Shown here: positions 1-8,291 of the stretch, one piece after another
How the letters are laid out: each line of letters opens with the position of its first letter
How positions within the stretch are numbered: the first letter of the stretch is position 1
Origin: Candidatus Omnitrophota bacterium
GTDB lineage: Bacteria; Omnitrophota; Gorgyraeia; 2-01-FULL-45-10
DNA: 64,000 nt
Assembly: GCA_028715345.1 (NCBI GenBank)
Contig: JAQUSB010000004.1
Location: forward strand, 14,922-78,921
Reading direction: 5' to 3'
Notes under the pieces: model-generated
What the model was told of the DNA's origin: nothing
Seen by the model: only the letters and a program-made list of their open reading frames with translations
Databases searched by the model: none
Position numbers and translations under genes: made by a program

Positions 1-13
1 TTGAAAAGGAAGC

Positions 14-256
14 CTATTTTATCAGCTCTAATTTCTCTTGTCGAGATAATTTTTTTATCTCGGCTTCGCGCTTTTTAGCCGAAGATGCGTTGGCTGCGTC
101 TTCGGTATATACGACTGAAACGGGCCTTTTTGCCCTTGTATACTTGGATGCAAGGCCTTTATTGTGCTTATTAAGCCGTTTTGGAAGGTCTATCGTAATG
201 CCGGTGTATAGAGACCCGTCATTACACTCCAGGATATATACTTTCCACTTGTTCAT
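14..256 (-). CDS. GIY-YIG nuclease superfamily protein (UPF0213/YhbQ-like)
   Basis: 80 aa ORF. N-terminal VYILECNDGSLYTGIT...RLNKH is a GIY-YIG motif. Confidence 0.6.
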   Translation of the reverse strand: MNKWKVYILECNDGSLYTGITIDLPKRLNKHNKGLASKYTRAKRPVSVVYTEDAANASSAKKREAEIKKLSRQEKLELIK

Positions 257-265
257 GGATGAAAG

Positions 266-341
266 TGGTGGGCGGAACAGGGCTCGAACCTGTGACCTCC
301 TCGGTGTAAACGAGACGTTCTACCAACTGAACTATCCGCCC
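266..341 (-). tRNA. tRNA-Val (anticodon TAC)
   Basis: Reverse complement folds as a cloverleaf: acceptor GGGCGGA/TCCGCCC, D stem GTTC/GAAC, anticodon loop TTTACAC, T arm ACAGG-TTCGAGC-CCTGT, encoded CCA. Confidence 0.85.
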
Positions 342-398
342 CACACAAATAATATAATACCATAAGCATAGCTTGCAATTCAATAGGTTAGAAAGCGC

Positions 399-968
399 CT
401 ATTTCCTCGAACCGGGCTTGGTTATGGGGACTTTGGCCTTGCAGAGGGGACAATCTTCTTCTTTGTAGGTCTCTACTTTTATCTTGGCAAGCGCGGTAAA
501 CGGCACGCCGAAATCGACCGGCTCGGAACTCCTGTCTATGATGCTCGCTACCCCGACCACTATGCCGCCGAGTTTTTTCACTACCTCGATCACCTCTTTA
601 GTCGAACCGCCTGTCGTTATAACATCTTCTGCCACAAGGGCTTTCTCACCTGTAGATATCGTGAAACCGCGCCGCAGGACCATCACGCCTTCCTGTCTTT
701 CGGTGAAAAGCCCCCGCACCTTAAGTGCCCTGGCTATTTCATAGGCAAGCGTTACCCCGCCTAAAGCCGGGCCTACGACCACGTCTATCTTTTCTTCCGA
801 AACTCGCTTGGCGATCTCTTGGGAAAACTTCTCGGCAATGTCGGGATATTGCAATACCAAGGCGCATTGTAAGTAATTTTTACTGTGCAGGCCGCTCGAC
901 AGCTTGAAATGTCCTGTCAGCAGCGCGTTCTTCCCGTTAAATATATCCAAAACCTCTTTTTCGTTCAT
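399..968 (-). CDS. pyrE: orotate phosphoribosyltransferase
   Basis: 189 aa. PRPP-binding motif VAEDVITTGGS. Last gene of the pyr operon. Confidence 0.9.
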   Translation of the reverse strand: MNEKEVLDIFNGKNALLTGHFKLSSGLHSKNYLQCALVLQYPDIAEKFSQEIAKRVSEEKIDVVVGPALGGVTLAYEIARALKVRGLFTERQEGVMVLRRGFTISTGEKALVAEDVITTGGSTKEVIEVVKKLGGIVVGVASIIDRSSEPVDFGVPFTALAKIKVETYKEEDCPLCKAKVPITKPGSRK

Positions 969-1678
969 ATCTCCATCTCTTTTTGTATCCGCCTGGCGGC
1001 CTCGGCAGGATCCTTGGATTCCGTTATCGGGCGGCCGACCACTATATAATTTGCCCCGTCCTTTATCGCTATCTTCGGTGTCGCGATTCTTTTCTGGTCG
1101 TTAGCCGTTGCCCATTCGGGGCGCACGCCGGGCGTCACTATGAGAAAATCCTCGCCCAGCTCTTTTCGTATCACCTTGGTCTCCGACGGCGAAGCCACCA
1201 CCCCGTCGAGCCCCGCCTTCTTGGCAAGCGCGGCCAGTTTCAGGACAGCGTCTTTTGAGCCGAGGCCCAGGCCGACCTCTTTTATCGCTTTTTCGTCCAT
1301 GCTCGTAAGGATGGTCACGGCCAGCACTTTAGGGTTAGCGATGCCGAGGCGCGACGCTTCAGCCGTTACGGCATCTGCCGTCCGTTTCATCATCTCGTAG
1401 CCACCCAGGGCGTGGACATTGAACATGAACGGCTCCAGGCTAGCCACGGACGCGGCCGCTTTCGCAACGGTATTGGGGATGTCGTGGAATTTCAGGTCGA
1501 GGAATACATCACAGCCTGTTTCGCGTATCCTCTCGACGATCCCGGGCCCGCAGGACGAGAATAGCTCGAGCCCTATCTTTAAAAATTTCACATCGTTCTT
1601 AAGCCGCTCGGCCATTGCGACCGCTTTTTCTTCGGTATTCATGTCCAGCGCTACTATCAATTTATCCAGAGGCGTCAT
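965..1678 (-). CDS. pyrF: orotidine 5'-phosphate decarboxylase
   Basis: 237 aa. Motifs LIVALD...KIGLELF and DLKFHDIPNTV. Confidence 0.9.
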   Translation of the reverse strand: MTPLDKLIVALDMNTEEKAVAMAERLKNDVKFLKIGLELFSSCGPGIVERIRETGCDVFLDLKFHDIPNTVAKAAASVASLEPFMFNVHALGGYEMMKRTADAVTAEASRLGIANPKVLAVTILTSMDEKAIKEVGLGLGSKDAVLKLAALAKKAGLDGVVASPSETKVIRKELGEDFLIVTPGVRPEWATANDQKRIATPKIAIKDGANYIVVGRPITESKDPAEAARRIQKEMEI

Positions 1679-2598
1679 AATGCTCCTATGTTAATATTCC
1701 CGACGAGCTCGCTTACTTTCTTTACCCCGTTTTCCGCGCAATATTTACCGATCCCGGCGGCTATCTCGCAAGCCGTGTTCGGATTTACGAACGTCGCCGT
1801 TCCGACCTGTATCGCGGACGCGCCGCAGAGCATAAATTCCGCCGCGTCGCAATAATTCATTATACCGCCCGCGCCTATTACGGGTATATCCACCTTATTG
1901 TATATGTCCCAGACCATCTTCAGCGCTATCGGTTTTATCGCCGGGCCGCTTAACCCCCCGGTCACATTGCCGAGCTTGGGTTTTTTGGTGTCGATGTCGA
2001 CGGCCATGGCCGCGAAAGTATTGACGGCAAGGACGGCGTCGGCGCCCGCTTTTTCCACGGCTACCGCTACCCTGGCGATGTCGGTCACGTTCGGGGTCAG
2101 TTTCGCGACGAGGGGGAGTTTCGTCGAGGCCCTTACGGCGCGCACTATATTATAAGATGCTTCCTCGTCCTGCGCGACGAGCCCTTCCCGCGCCCCGTGT
2201 TTAACGTTCGGGCACGAAAGGTTTATTTCGATCGCGGCGACCTTCTTTATCTTATTCAATTCCTCGGCCATTTGGATGAATTCGGTTTCTTTGTCGCCGG
2301 CAATGCTCACTATGAGAGCGGTTTTTCCGGACGGAAAGAGCGGTAATTTGTTTCTGATGAAATCGTCGAGGCCCCTATTCTCAAGCCCTATGGAATTCAG
2401 CATACCCGATGAGGTTTCAGCAACTCGCGGAGGAGGATTGCCGGCGCGGCCCTTCAGCGTAATCGTCTTGGTCACGATCGCGCCGAGTGAACCTACATCT
2501 ATAAGCTTCCTGTATTCCGCGCCAAAAGTCCCGGATGCTACCATTACGGGGTTCTTTAACTTTAGCGTTCCTATCTTCACCGTCATATCGGTTTTCAT
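1675..2598 (-). CDS. pyrD: dihydroorotate dehydrogenase 1B, catalytic subunit
   Basis: The ORF-track start at 2667 overlaps pyrK. An internal Met (MKTDMTVKIG...NPVMVASG) at about 2598 is the more likely start. Class 1 DHOD motifs and the Cys active-site region are present. Confidence 0.85.
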   Translation of the reverse strand: MKTDMTVKIGTLKLKNPVMVASGTFGAEYRKLIDVGSLGAIVTKTITLKGRAGNPPPRVAETSSGMLNSIGLENRGLDDFIRNKLPLFPSGKTALIVSIAGDKETEFIQMAEELNKIKKVAAIEINLSCPNVKHGAREGLVAQDEEASYNIVRAVRASTKLPLVAKLTPNVTDIARVAVAVEKAGADAVLAVNTFAAMAVDIDTKKPKLGNVTGGLSGPAIKPIALKMVWDIYNKVDIPVIGAGGIMNYCDAAEFMLCGASAIQVGTATFVNPNTACEIAAGIGKYCAENGVKKVSELVGNINIGAL

Positions 2599-2602
2599 AC
2601 GT

Positions 2603-3403
2603 TTATTCCCAGTAAATTTCTTCGGAATCGAAGACCGGCCCGTCTTTGCAGACCATTTTATACTCATATCCTGTGCCGCACAAGCCGTGTCCGCGCTTGA
2701 CTTTAACCGGACAGCCTAAACATACACCGACGCCGCACGCCATCTTCTCTTCGAGCGAGACCTGGCAACTCACCCTATGGGTGCGTGCTATGTTAGCGAC
2801 CGCCTTCAGCATCCCCGTCGGGCCGCAGGCGTATATCGCCGCAGGCTTCGGCCCGTTATCCGCAAGCAGTTCTTTCAGGATGTGCGTCACCAGCCCTTTG
2901 TGCCCTTTCGATCCGTCTTCGGTCGTGACCGAAACTCGAGCGCCGCACCTCTTAAAATCTTTTTCGCAGAGTATATGGCTTTTTGATCGTCCGCCGATCA
3001 AAACATGCTGTTTTACTTTTTTCTTGGCCAGCACTTCAGATAAAAACAATATCGGCGCTACCCCATTCCCCCCGGCAACGAGTATCGCCGTGGGCTTTCC
3101 CGACGGCAGCACGAAACCGGTCCCGAGAGGGCCTATCAAGTCGAGGATCTCGCCCGGCTTTTTACGCGCAATGATCTCGGTGCCTCTTCCGACGATCTCG
3201 TACAAAAGTTCGATGCCGCCCTTCGTAACTCTATGGACTCCGAACGGCCTGCGCAAAAGCGGATCCGTTTCACCCGAACACCTGAGCTCGACAAATTGTC
3301 CCGGCTTAGCGTTTTTGGCAAGATACGGCGCGGCAATGCCGATGCGCCGGAACCCATTGCCCAGATTTTCATTCTTCAGTATTTTCGCGTATATCTGTTT
3401 CAT
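2603..3403 (-). CDS. pyrK: dihydroorotate dehydrogenase electron-transfer subunit (FAD/2Fe-2S)
   Basis: 266 aa. FNR-like fold, with the C-terminal cluster CGVGVCLGCPV...GLCGTG typical of PyrK. Confidence 0.85.
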   Translation of the reverse strand: MKQIYAKILKNENLGNGFRRIGIAAPYLAKNAKPGQFVELRCSGETDPLLRRPFGVHRVTKGGIELLYEIVGRGTEIIARKKPGEILDLIGPLGTGFVLPSGKPTAILVAGGNGVAPILFLSEVLAKKKVKQHVLIGGRSKSHILCEKDFKRCGARVSVTTEDGSKGHKGLVTHILKELLADNGPKPAAIYACGPTGMLKAVANIARTHRVSCQVSLEEKMACGVGVCLGCPVKVKRGHGLCGTGYEYKMVCKDGPVFDSEEIYWE

Positions 3404-3413
3404 TTTTTTCCCG

Positions 3414-4649
3414 CTATAAAAAACTCATCTGTTTGTCTTTGGCGGAATCGCCTTCTTTGAACACCTTCACTTTGCCATATTCTCCGTCGTAACCCGGCAC
3501 GATCTCTATATTGCCGTCTCTAACGTTCAATACGCCTTTGGCGACCCTCTCGGGCAGGCTCTCTTTCAGTTCTTTCTCATCCATATATAGCAGGATATTG
3601 AATTCCGTCCCGAAATTTTTAACCAGCTGCATATATTCCCGCTCGACCTTTACGGAATCCGGCCCTACGCCGGCTGCGTCTGCGATTATCTCGACGAGCG
3701 GCACCACCCTCTTAAAGCCAGGGCTCGCTTTATCGACATATCCCTCGGGCCTTTTCGCAAGCGCTTCGAGCCGGTGCATGACGCCTATTGTAACCTTCTT
3801 ACCGCAGACAGGGCAAATATTATTTGTCTTCATCGCCTCCTGCGGCGCCAGGCGCGTCTTGCAATCCCTGTGCCCGTCCCAGTGATACTTACCCTCTTCG
3901 GGAAAGAATTCTATCGTGTAAAGGAAGCGCTCCCTGTCTTTCTTCTTTAATATGTCGACGAGCCCGTTATAATCTATCTTGTCCCTGAATACGTTCGCTT
4001 CCCGCCCGATCTTCGACGGAGAATGCGCGTCCGAATTGGACGTAAGGCAGAATCTGTCAAGCTTCGGGCAGCGCCAGTTCATTGCCGGGTCGCTCGATAG
4101 CCCCGTCTCTATCGAGAATATCTTATCCGTCTGGTCTTCGTAGCATTCTTCCGGCGAATCGAACCCGGAATTCGAACCGAATACGCTGAAATGCGGCGTC
4201 CACGCGTGGGCCGGCACCAGAAATATCGCCGGGTCTACCCCGGACAGAAGCCTCGTCATCCTGGCGCAGTCGACGCTTAAGATCGGCCTGCCGTCGCTCG
4301 GCAATGCTCCGTATTCGGACACTGCCGAACTCGCCTCCTCCGCCGCCTCGAGGGACGGCGCGAAGATCATATTGTGAACTTTTCTCGTCCTGCCGGCCTT
4401 AAAGTATATATTCGAGACTTCGGCGGTCAATATGAACAGGACGCCGTCGTATTGGTACACGCCCGGCGCGCCCGACGGGCGCAATTTGCTCTTCAGCTCG
4501 GAAAACCATACCGGGTGGGTGAAATCCCCCGTCCCGAGCATCGCTATGCCTTTTATCTTTGCCCACTTCGCCAACGAAGCCAGATCCATATCTTTTGCTG
4601 TCGCGCGCGAATATTTAGAGTGTATGTGGAAGTCGGCGATAAACGGCAT
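3414..4649 (-). CDS. PHP-domain metal-dependent nuclease, EndoQ-like (TIGR00375-type) with C-terminal zinc ribbon
   Basis: 411 aa. N-terminal FIADFHIHSKYSRA...GTGDFTHP is a PHP His-triad. CPVCGKK...H is a Zn ribbon. The gene lies inside the pyr operon, between pyrC and pyrK. Confidence 0.55.
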   Translation of the reverse strand: MPFIADFHIHSKYSRATAKDMDLASLAKWAKIKGIAMLGTGDFTHPVWFSELKSKLRPSGAPGVYQYDGVLFILTAEVSNIYFKAGRTRKVHNMIFAPSLEAAEEASSAVSEYGALPSDGRPILSVDCARMTRLLSGVDPAIFLVPAHAWTPHFSVFGSNSGFDSPEECYEDQTDKIFSIETGLSSDPAMNWRCPKLDRFCLTSNSDAHSPSKIGREANVFRDKIDYNGLVDILKKKDRERFLYTIEFFPEEGKYHWDGHRDCKTRLAPQEAMKTNNICPVCGKKVTIGVMHRLEALAKRPEGYVDKASPGFKRVVPLVEIIADAAGVGPDSVKVEREYMQLVKNFGTEFNILLYMDEKELKESLPERVAKGVLNVRDGNIEIVPGYDGEYGKVKVFKEGDSAKDKQMSFL

Positions 4650-4659
4650 ATTTACCTCT

Positions 4660-5949
4660 TTATAACATCAATTCATCCCTCATCAATATTTTCCCACCCA
4701 CGAATACCGTGGAAATTTTTCCTTTCAATTTCCATCCTATGAACGGCGAGTTTTTCGATTTGGACTCTATCGATTCTTGTTTCAGCGCGTATTCTTTGTC
4801 GGGGTCTATCACAATTATATCCGCGGGGCTGCCCTCGGATAATTTTCCGCTTTCCAGGCCCAGTATCCCGGCAGGGTTGGACGACAGTTTTTGTATCAGC
4901 TCATCCCAAGACAGCGTTTTTTTATCGACAAGCTCCATGACGCTTACCGATAGGGCGCTTTCGAGGCCTATCTTGCCGAAGGGCGCGTGGTCGAACTCAA
5001 CGTCTTTTTCGGAATCGGTATGCGGCGCGTGGTCTGTCGCTATCGCGTCTATCGTCCCGTCGGCAAGGCCTGCCTTTATCGCTTCGACGTCCGCGGCCGT
5101 CCGCAAGGGCGGGTTTATCTTGGTGTTGGTATCGTAACTTGAGCAGCGCTCGTCCGTCAGGGCAAAGTAATGCGGGGCGGTCTCCGCGGTGACCTTGACG
5201 CCGTCTTTTTTCGCTTTGCGGATAAGCTCCACCGATTCTTTACAGCTTACGTGAGCTATGTGGATACGGGCAGAAGCCTTTTTGGCAAGCTCTATGTTAC
5301 GTTTCACGGCTTCGTATTCGGACGCCGAAGGGATGCCTTTCAGACCCAGCTTTGTCGAAACGAACCCTTTATTCATGACACCGCCGGCCGATAGCTCGGG
5401 CGTCTCGCAGTGCTCTATAAGAAGAAGCCCGGCGGCCTTTGAGCGTTTTAAGGCTTCCTGCATGATCTTTTCAGGCGTCGGTGAGCCGTCGTCGGTGAGG
5501 GCTATGACGCCTCCCGCTTTCAGTTTCGTGAAGTCGGTCATATTCTTGCCCGCGCGGCCTTCGGTGATAGCGCCGGCAATGAAAACATTGCAGGCGGCAT
5601 CTTTAGCGATAATGTCTTTTAAGGCCTTCACGATGGCGGGATTATCGAGGGCAGGTTCGGTATTCGGCATACAAAGAACGCTCGTAAATCCTCCGTGGAC
5701 GGCCGCTCTGGACCCCGTCCTTACAGTCTCTTCGTCCTCGCGGCCCGGCTCTCTTAAATGAACGTGCATATCGACAAATCCGGGCGCTACTATCTTGCCT
5801 TTGGCGTCGATCGCTTCGCCCGATTTTATGCTCAAATTTTTACCGACCTTTTCGATCTTGCCTCCCGATATGATAATGTCGAGGGTATCGTTTATTTTAT
5901 TGGCCGGGTCTATCACCCTGCCGCCCTTTATCAGGTATTGTCCGTTCAT
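4660..5949 (-). CDS. pyrC: dihydroorotase
   Basis: 429 aa. Metal-binding motif DMHVHLREPG, plus other amidohydrolase motifs. Confidence 0.85.
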   Translation of the reverse strand: MNGQYLIKGGRVIDPANKINDTLDIIISGGKIEKVGKNLSIKSGEAIDAKGKIVAPGFVDMHVHLREPGREDEETVRTGSRAAVHGGFTSVLCMPNTEPALDNPAIVKALKDIIAKDAACNVFIAGAITEGRAGKNMTDFTKLKAGGVIALTDDGSPTPEKIMQEALKRSKAAGLLLIEHCETPELSAGGVMNKGFVSTKLGLKGIPSASEYEAVKRNIELAKKASARIHIAHVSCKESVELIRKAKKDGVKVTAETAPHYFALTDERCSSYDTNTKINPPLRTAADVEAIKAGLADGTIDAIATDHAPHTDSEKDVEFDHAPFGKIGLESALSVSVMELVDKKTLSWDELIQKLSSNPAGILGLESGKLSEGSPADIIVIDPDKEYALKQESIESKSKNSPFIGWKLKGKISTVFVGGKILMRDELML

Positions 5950-6890
5950 TCCACACCTTTAGCGTAAGCGACCAGGTATAACACGGCCATCCTCACGGCT
6001 ATGCCGTTGGTGACCTGCTCGAGTATGACCGAATTCTTCCCGTCGGCGACTTCGCTCGACATCTCGACGCCCCTATTTATCGGGCCGGGGTGCATTACAA
6101 CTATATTTTTTTTGCATTTATTAAGCCGTTCGGCCGTTATCCCGTATTTTTTGAAATATTCGAGTTTCGACGGAAATGCCAGGGCGCCGTCGCGCTCGAA
6201 TTGCATGCGCAATACGTTTATCGCGTCGGCATCATCGAGCGCTTCGTTTATATCCGTCGTTATCCTTACACCCATCTTCTCGATACCGTCGGGGATCAGC
6301 ATCTCGGGCGCGCAAACCGTCACCTTCGCGCCGAGCTTCGTAAGCCCCCAGATATTCGAGCGCGCGACGCGCGAATGGGCGATGTCGCCGATTATGCTCA
6401 CCTTGAGACCGTCGATATGCCCCAGCCTGGATTTGAGGGTGAACATGTCGAGAAGCGCCTGGGTCGGGTGCTCATGCCACCCGTCGCCGGCATTGACCAC
6501 ACGCGCTTTGACGTTCTGCGCGAGTATATTGGGCGCGCCGCTGCAATTGTGGCGCACGACTATTATGTCTATCTTCAGCGCTTCGATATTGCGTCCGGTA
6601 TCTATGAGAGTTTCGCCTTTGCGCACGCTCGATGTCTCGATCTCTATATTGACGACGTCGGCCGACAGGCGCTTTGCGGCAAGCTCGAACGATGTGCGCG
6701 TCCTCGTCGAGGGTTCGTAGAAGAGGTTTACCACCGTCTTGCCGCGTAAGGCGGGCACCTTCTTTATCTGGCGCGTCGTTACCTCTTTAAAACTTCCGGC
6801 CGTATATAAAATAAGCTCGATCTCTTCTTTGGAAAGATATTCGAGCCCGAGCATGTCTTTCTTTGTCCAAACCGTTTTCTTTTCCGCCAT
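5946..6890 (-). CDS. pyrB: aspartate carbamoyltransferase catalytic subunit
   Basis: 314 aa. Motifs STRTR and HPxQ. The stop/start overlaps pyrC. Confidence 0.9.
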   Translation of the reverse strand: MAEKKTVWTKKDMLGLEYLSKEEIELILYTAGSFKEVTTRQIKKVPALRGKTVVNLFYEPSTRTRTSFELAAKRLSADVVNIEIETSSVRKGETLIDTGRNIEALKIDIIVVRHNCSGAPNILAQNVKARVVNAGDGWHEHPTQALLDMFTLKSRLGHIDGLKVSIIGDIAHSRVARSNIWGLTKLGAKVTVCAPEMLIPDGIEKMGVRITTDINEALDDADAINVLRMQFERDGALAFPSKLEYFKKYGITAERLNKCKKNIVVMHPGPINRGVEMSSEVADGKNSVILEQVTNGIAVRMAVLYLVAYAKGVE

Positions 6891-6894
6891 CCCC

Positions 6895-7440
6895 CTACCC
6901 CAATTCGCAAAGCACGACTTCGTCTTTGCCTTCTGTTTCCGCCAGCTTCACTTCGACCACTTCTTTAAGCGAAGTCGGTACGTTCTTACCCACATAATCC
7001 GCCCTTATCGGCAGTTCCCTGTGGCCCCGGTCGACGAGGACCGCCAGCTGTATCTGGGCGGGCCTGCCGAGATCGATCAACGCGTCGAGCGCGCAGCGTA
7101 TCGTCCTACCCGTATAAAGAACGTCGTCGACGAGGATTATCTTTTTGGTTTCTATGTCGAAATCTATTTCCGTGGCGTGGACTACGGGCTGGGCCGATAC
7201 TTCGGTAAGGTCGTCCCTGTATAACGTGATATCGAGCGCGCCGAACGGCACTTTGGAGCCTGTGATATTTTCGATTTTGGAGGCAAGCCTTCGGCCAATG
7301 TAAGCGCCTCGGTTCTTAATGCCGATCACCGCTATCCCGCCTACATCCTTGACCTTTTCGACTATCTCGTGGGCAATCCTGGAAAGCGCCCTGTCGATAT
7401 CGTCTTTACCGAGTATCTTTGTCTTCTCCTTAAGCGTCAT
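6895..7440 (-). CDS. pyrR: bifunctional pyr operon regulator / uracil phosphoribosyltransferase PyrR
   Basis: 181 aa. PRT motif [12 protein letters not shown]. Confidence 0.9.
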   Translation of the reverse strand: MTLKEKTKILGKDDIDRALSRIAHEIVEKVKDVGGIAVIGIKNRGAYIGRRLASKIENITGSKVPFGALDITLYRDDLTEVSAQPVVHATEIDFDIETKKIILVDDVLYTGRTIRCALDALIDLGRPAQIQLAVLVDRGHRELPIRADYVGKNVPTSLKEVVEVKLAETEGKDEVVLCELG

Positions 7441-7447
7441 TTTTCAC

Positions 7448-7499
7448 CCCGAAAATAAAAAGCCCACCTATCCTTTTTCCAAAATAGATAAGTGGGTCT
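7448..7499 (-). terminator. pyr attenuator terminator hairpin with U-run, immediately 5' of pyrR
   Basis: On the minus strand: AGACCCACUUAUC-loop-GAUAGGUGGGCUUUUUAUUUU, ending 8 nt before the pyrR AUG. Confidence 0.5.
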
Positions 7500-7523
7500 G
7501 GTATTCATCTTGCTTCTCCTTTT

Positions 7524-7541
7524 CCGGACTCTCTGGGCCGG
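7524..7541 (-). promoter_or_regulatory. PyrR-binding loop (anti-antiterminator)
   Basis: On the minus strand: CCGG-CCCAGAGAGU-CCGG. It contains the conserved CCAGAGAG PyrR-binding motif in a hairpin loop, upstream of the terminator. Confidence 0.5.
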
Positions 7542-7567
7542 TATTAAAAGGTAAATTTATTGTGCCT

Positions 7568-7596
7568 AATATATCACACCGCCGGCGTTTTGTCAA
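7568..7596 (-). promoter_or_regulatory. putative sigma70 promoter of the pyr operon
   Basis: On the minus strand: TTGACA, 17-nt spacer, TATATT. Confidence 0.4.
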
Positions 7597-7609
7597 TGAA
7601 ATTCGCTTC

Positions 7610-8272
7610 TTACACTATCACGATGAATTCGCCCTTAGGCGGGCGGGCCTTGAAATGCCCTATGATCGCGGAGACCTTATCGCGCAGGACTTCCTCGAAT
7701 TTTTTGGTCAATTCCCTGGCAAGGACCACTTCGACGTCGCCGTAAACGGCTAAAATGTCTTCGAGAAGCTTCTCGATCCTGTGCGGCGATTCATACAATA
7801 CGGCTGTCCTGCCCTCCTCTTGTAATTTCTTAAGCTGGTTCTTCCTCCTGGCGCCTTTATTCGACAAGAACCCCTCGAACGTGAATTTGTCCGTAGGTTT
7901 TCCCGATATCGTCAGCGCGGTCACCAGGCCCGATGGCCCGGGGATAGGTATTACCTGTATGCCGTTATCTATGCACATCCTGATAATTCTATATCCTGGA
8001 TCGGATATGCCGGGCGTGCCGGCGTCGGAGACAAGCGCTACGGATTTACCTTCCTGTAAAACTTTTAAGAGATATTCCGTCTTCTGTATCTTGTTGTATT
8101 CGAAATAGCTTGTCGTGGGAACTTTTATCTCGTATCTATCGAGGAGTATCCTGGTGTGGCGGGTATCTTCGGCGGCTATAAGATCGACTGACTTCAATGT
8201 GCTGATAGCGCGCAAAGTTATGTCTTCGAGGTTACCTATGGGCGTGGAAACTACGTATAAAGTGCCGTTCAT
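7610..8272 (-). CDS. rsmI: 16S rRNA (cytidine1402-2'-O)-methyltransferase
   Basis: 220 aa. N-terminus LYVVSTPIGNLEDITLRA (tetrapyrrole-methylase-like fold). Confidence 0.85.
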   Translation of the reverse strand: MNGTLYVVSTPIGNLEDITLRAISTLKSVDLIAAEDTRHTRILLDRYEIKVPTTSYFEYNKIQKTEYLLKVLQEGKSVALVSDAGTPGISDPGYRIIRMCIDNGIQVIPIPGPSGLVTALTISGKPTDKFTFEGFLSNKGARRKNQLKKLQEEGRTAVLYESPHRIEKLLEDILAVYGDVEVVLARELTKKFEEVLRDKVSAIIGHFKARPPKGEFIVIV

Positions 8273-8291
8273 AAGCGTATCCGACCTTGTT

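Noticed and set aside
90-365. 91-aa plus-strand ORF
   Set aside because: Overlaps tRNA-Val(TAC) and is antisense to the GIY-YIG gene.
6001-6749. Two overlapping plus-strand ORFs of 239 and 219 aa
   Set aside because: Antisense to pyrB, which has unambiguous ATCase motifs. No recognisable domains.
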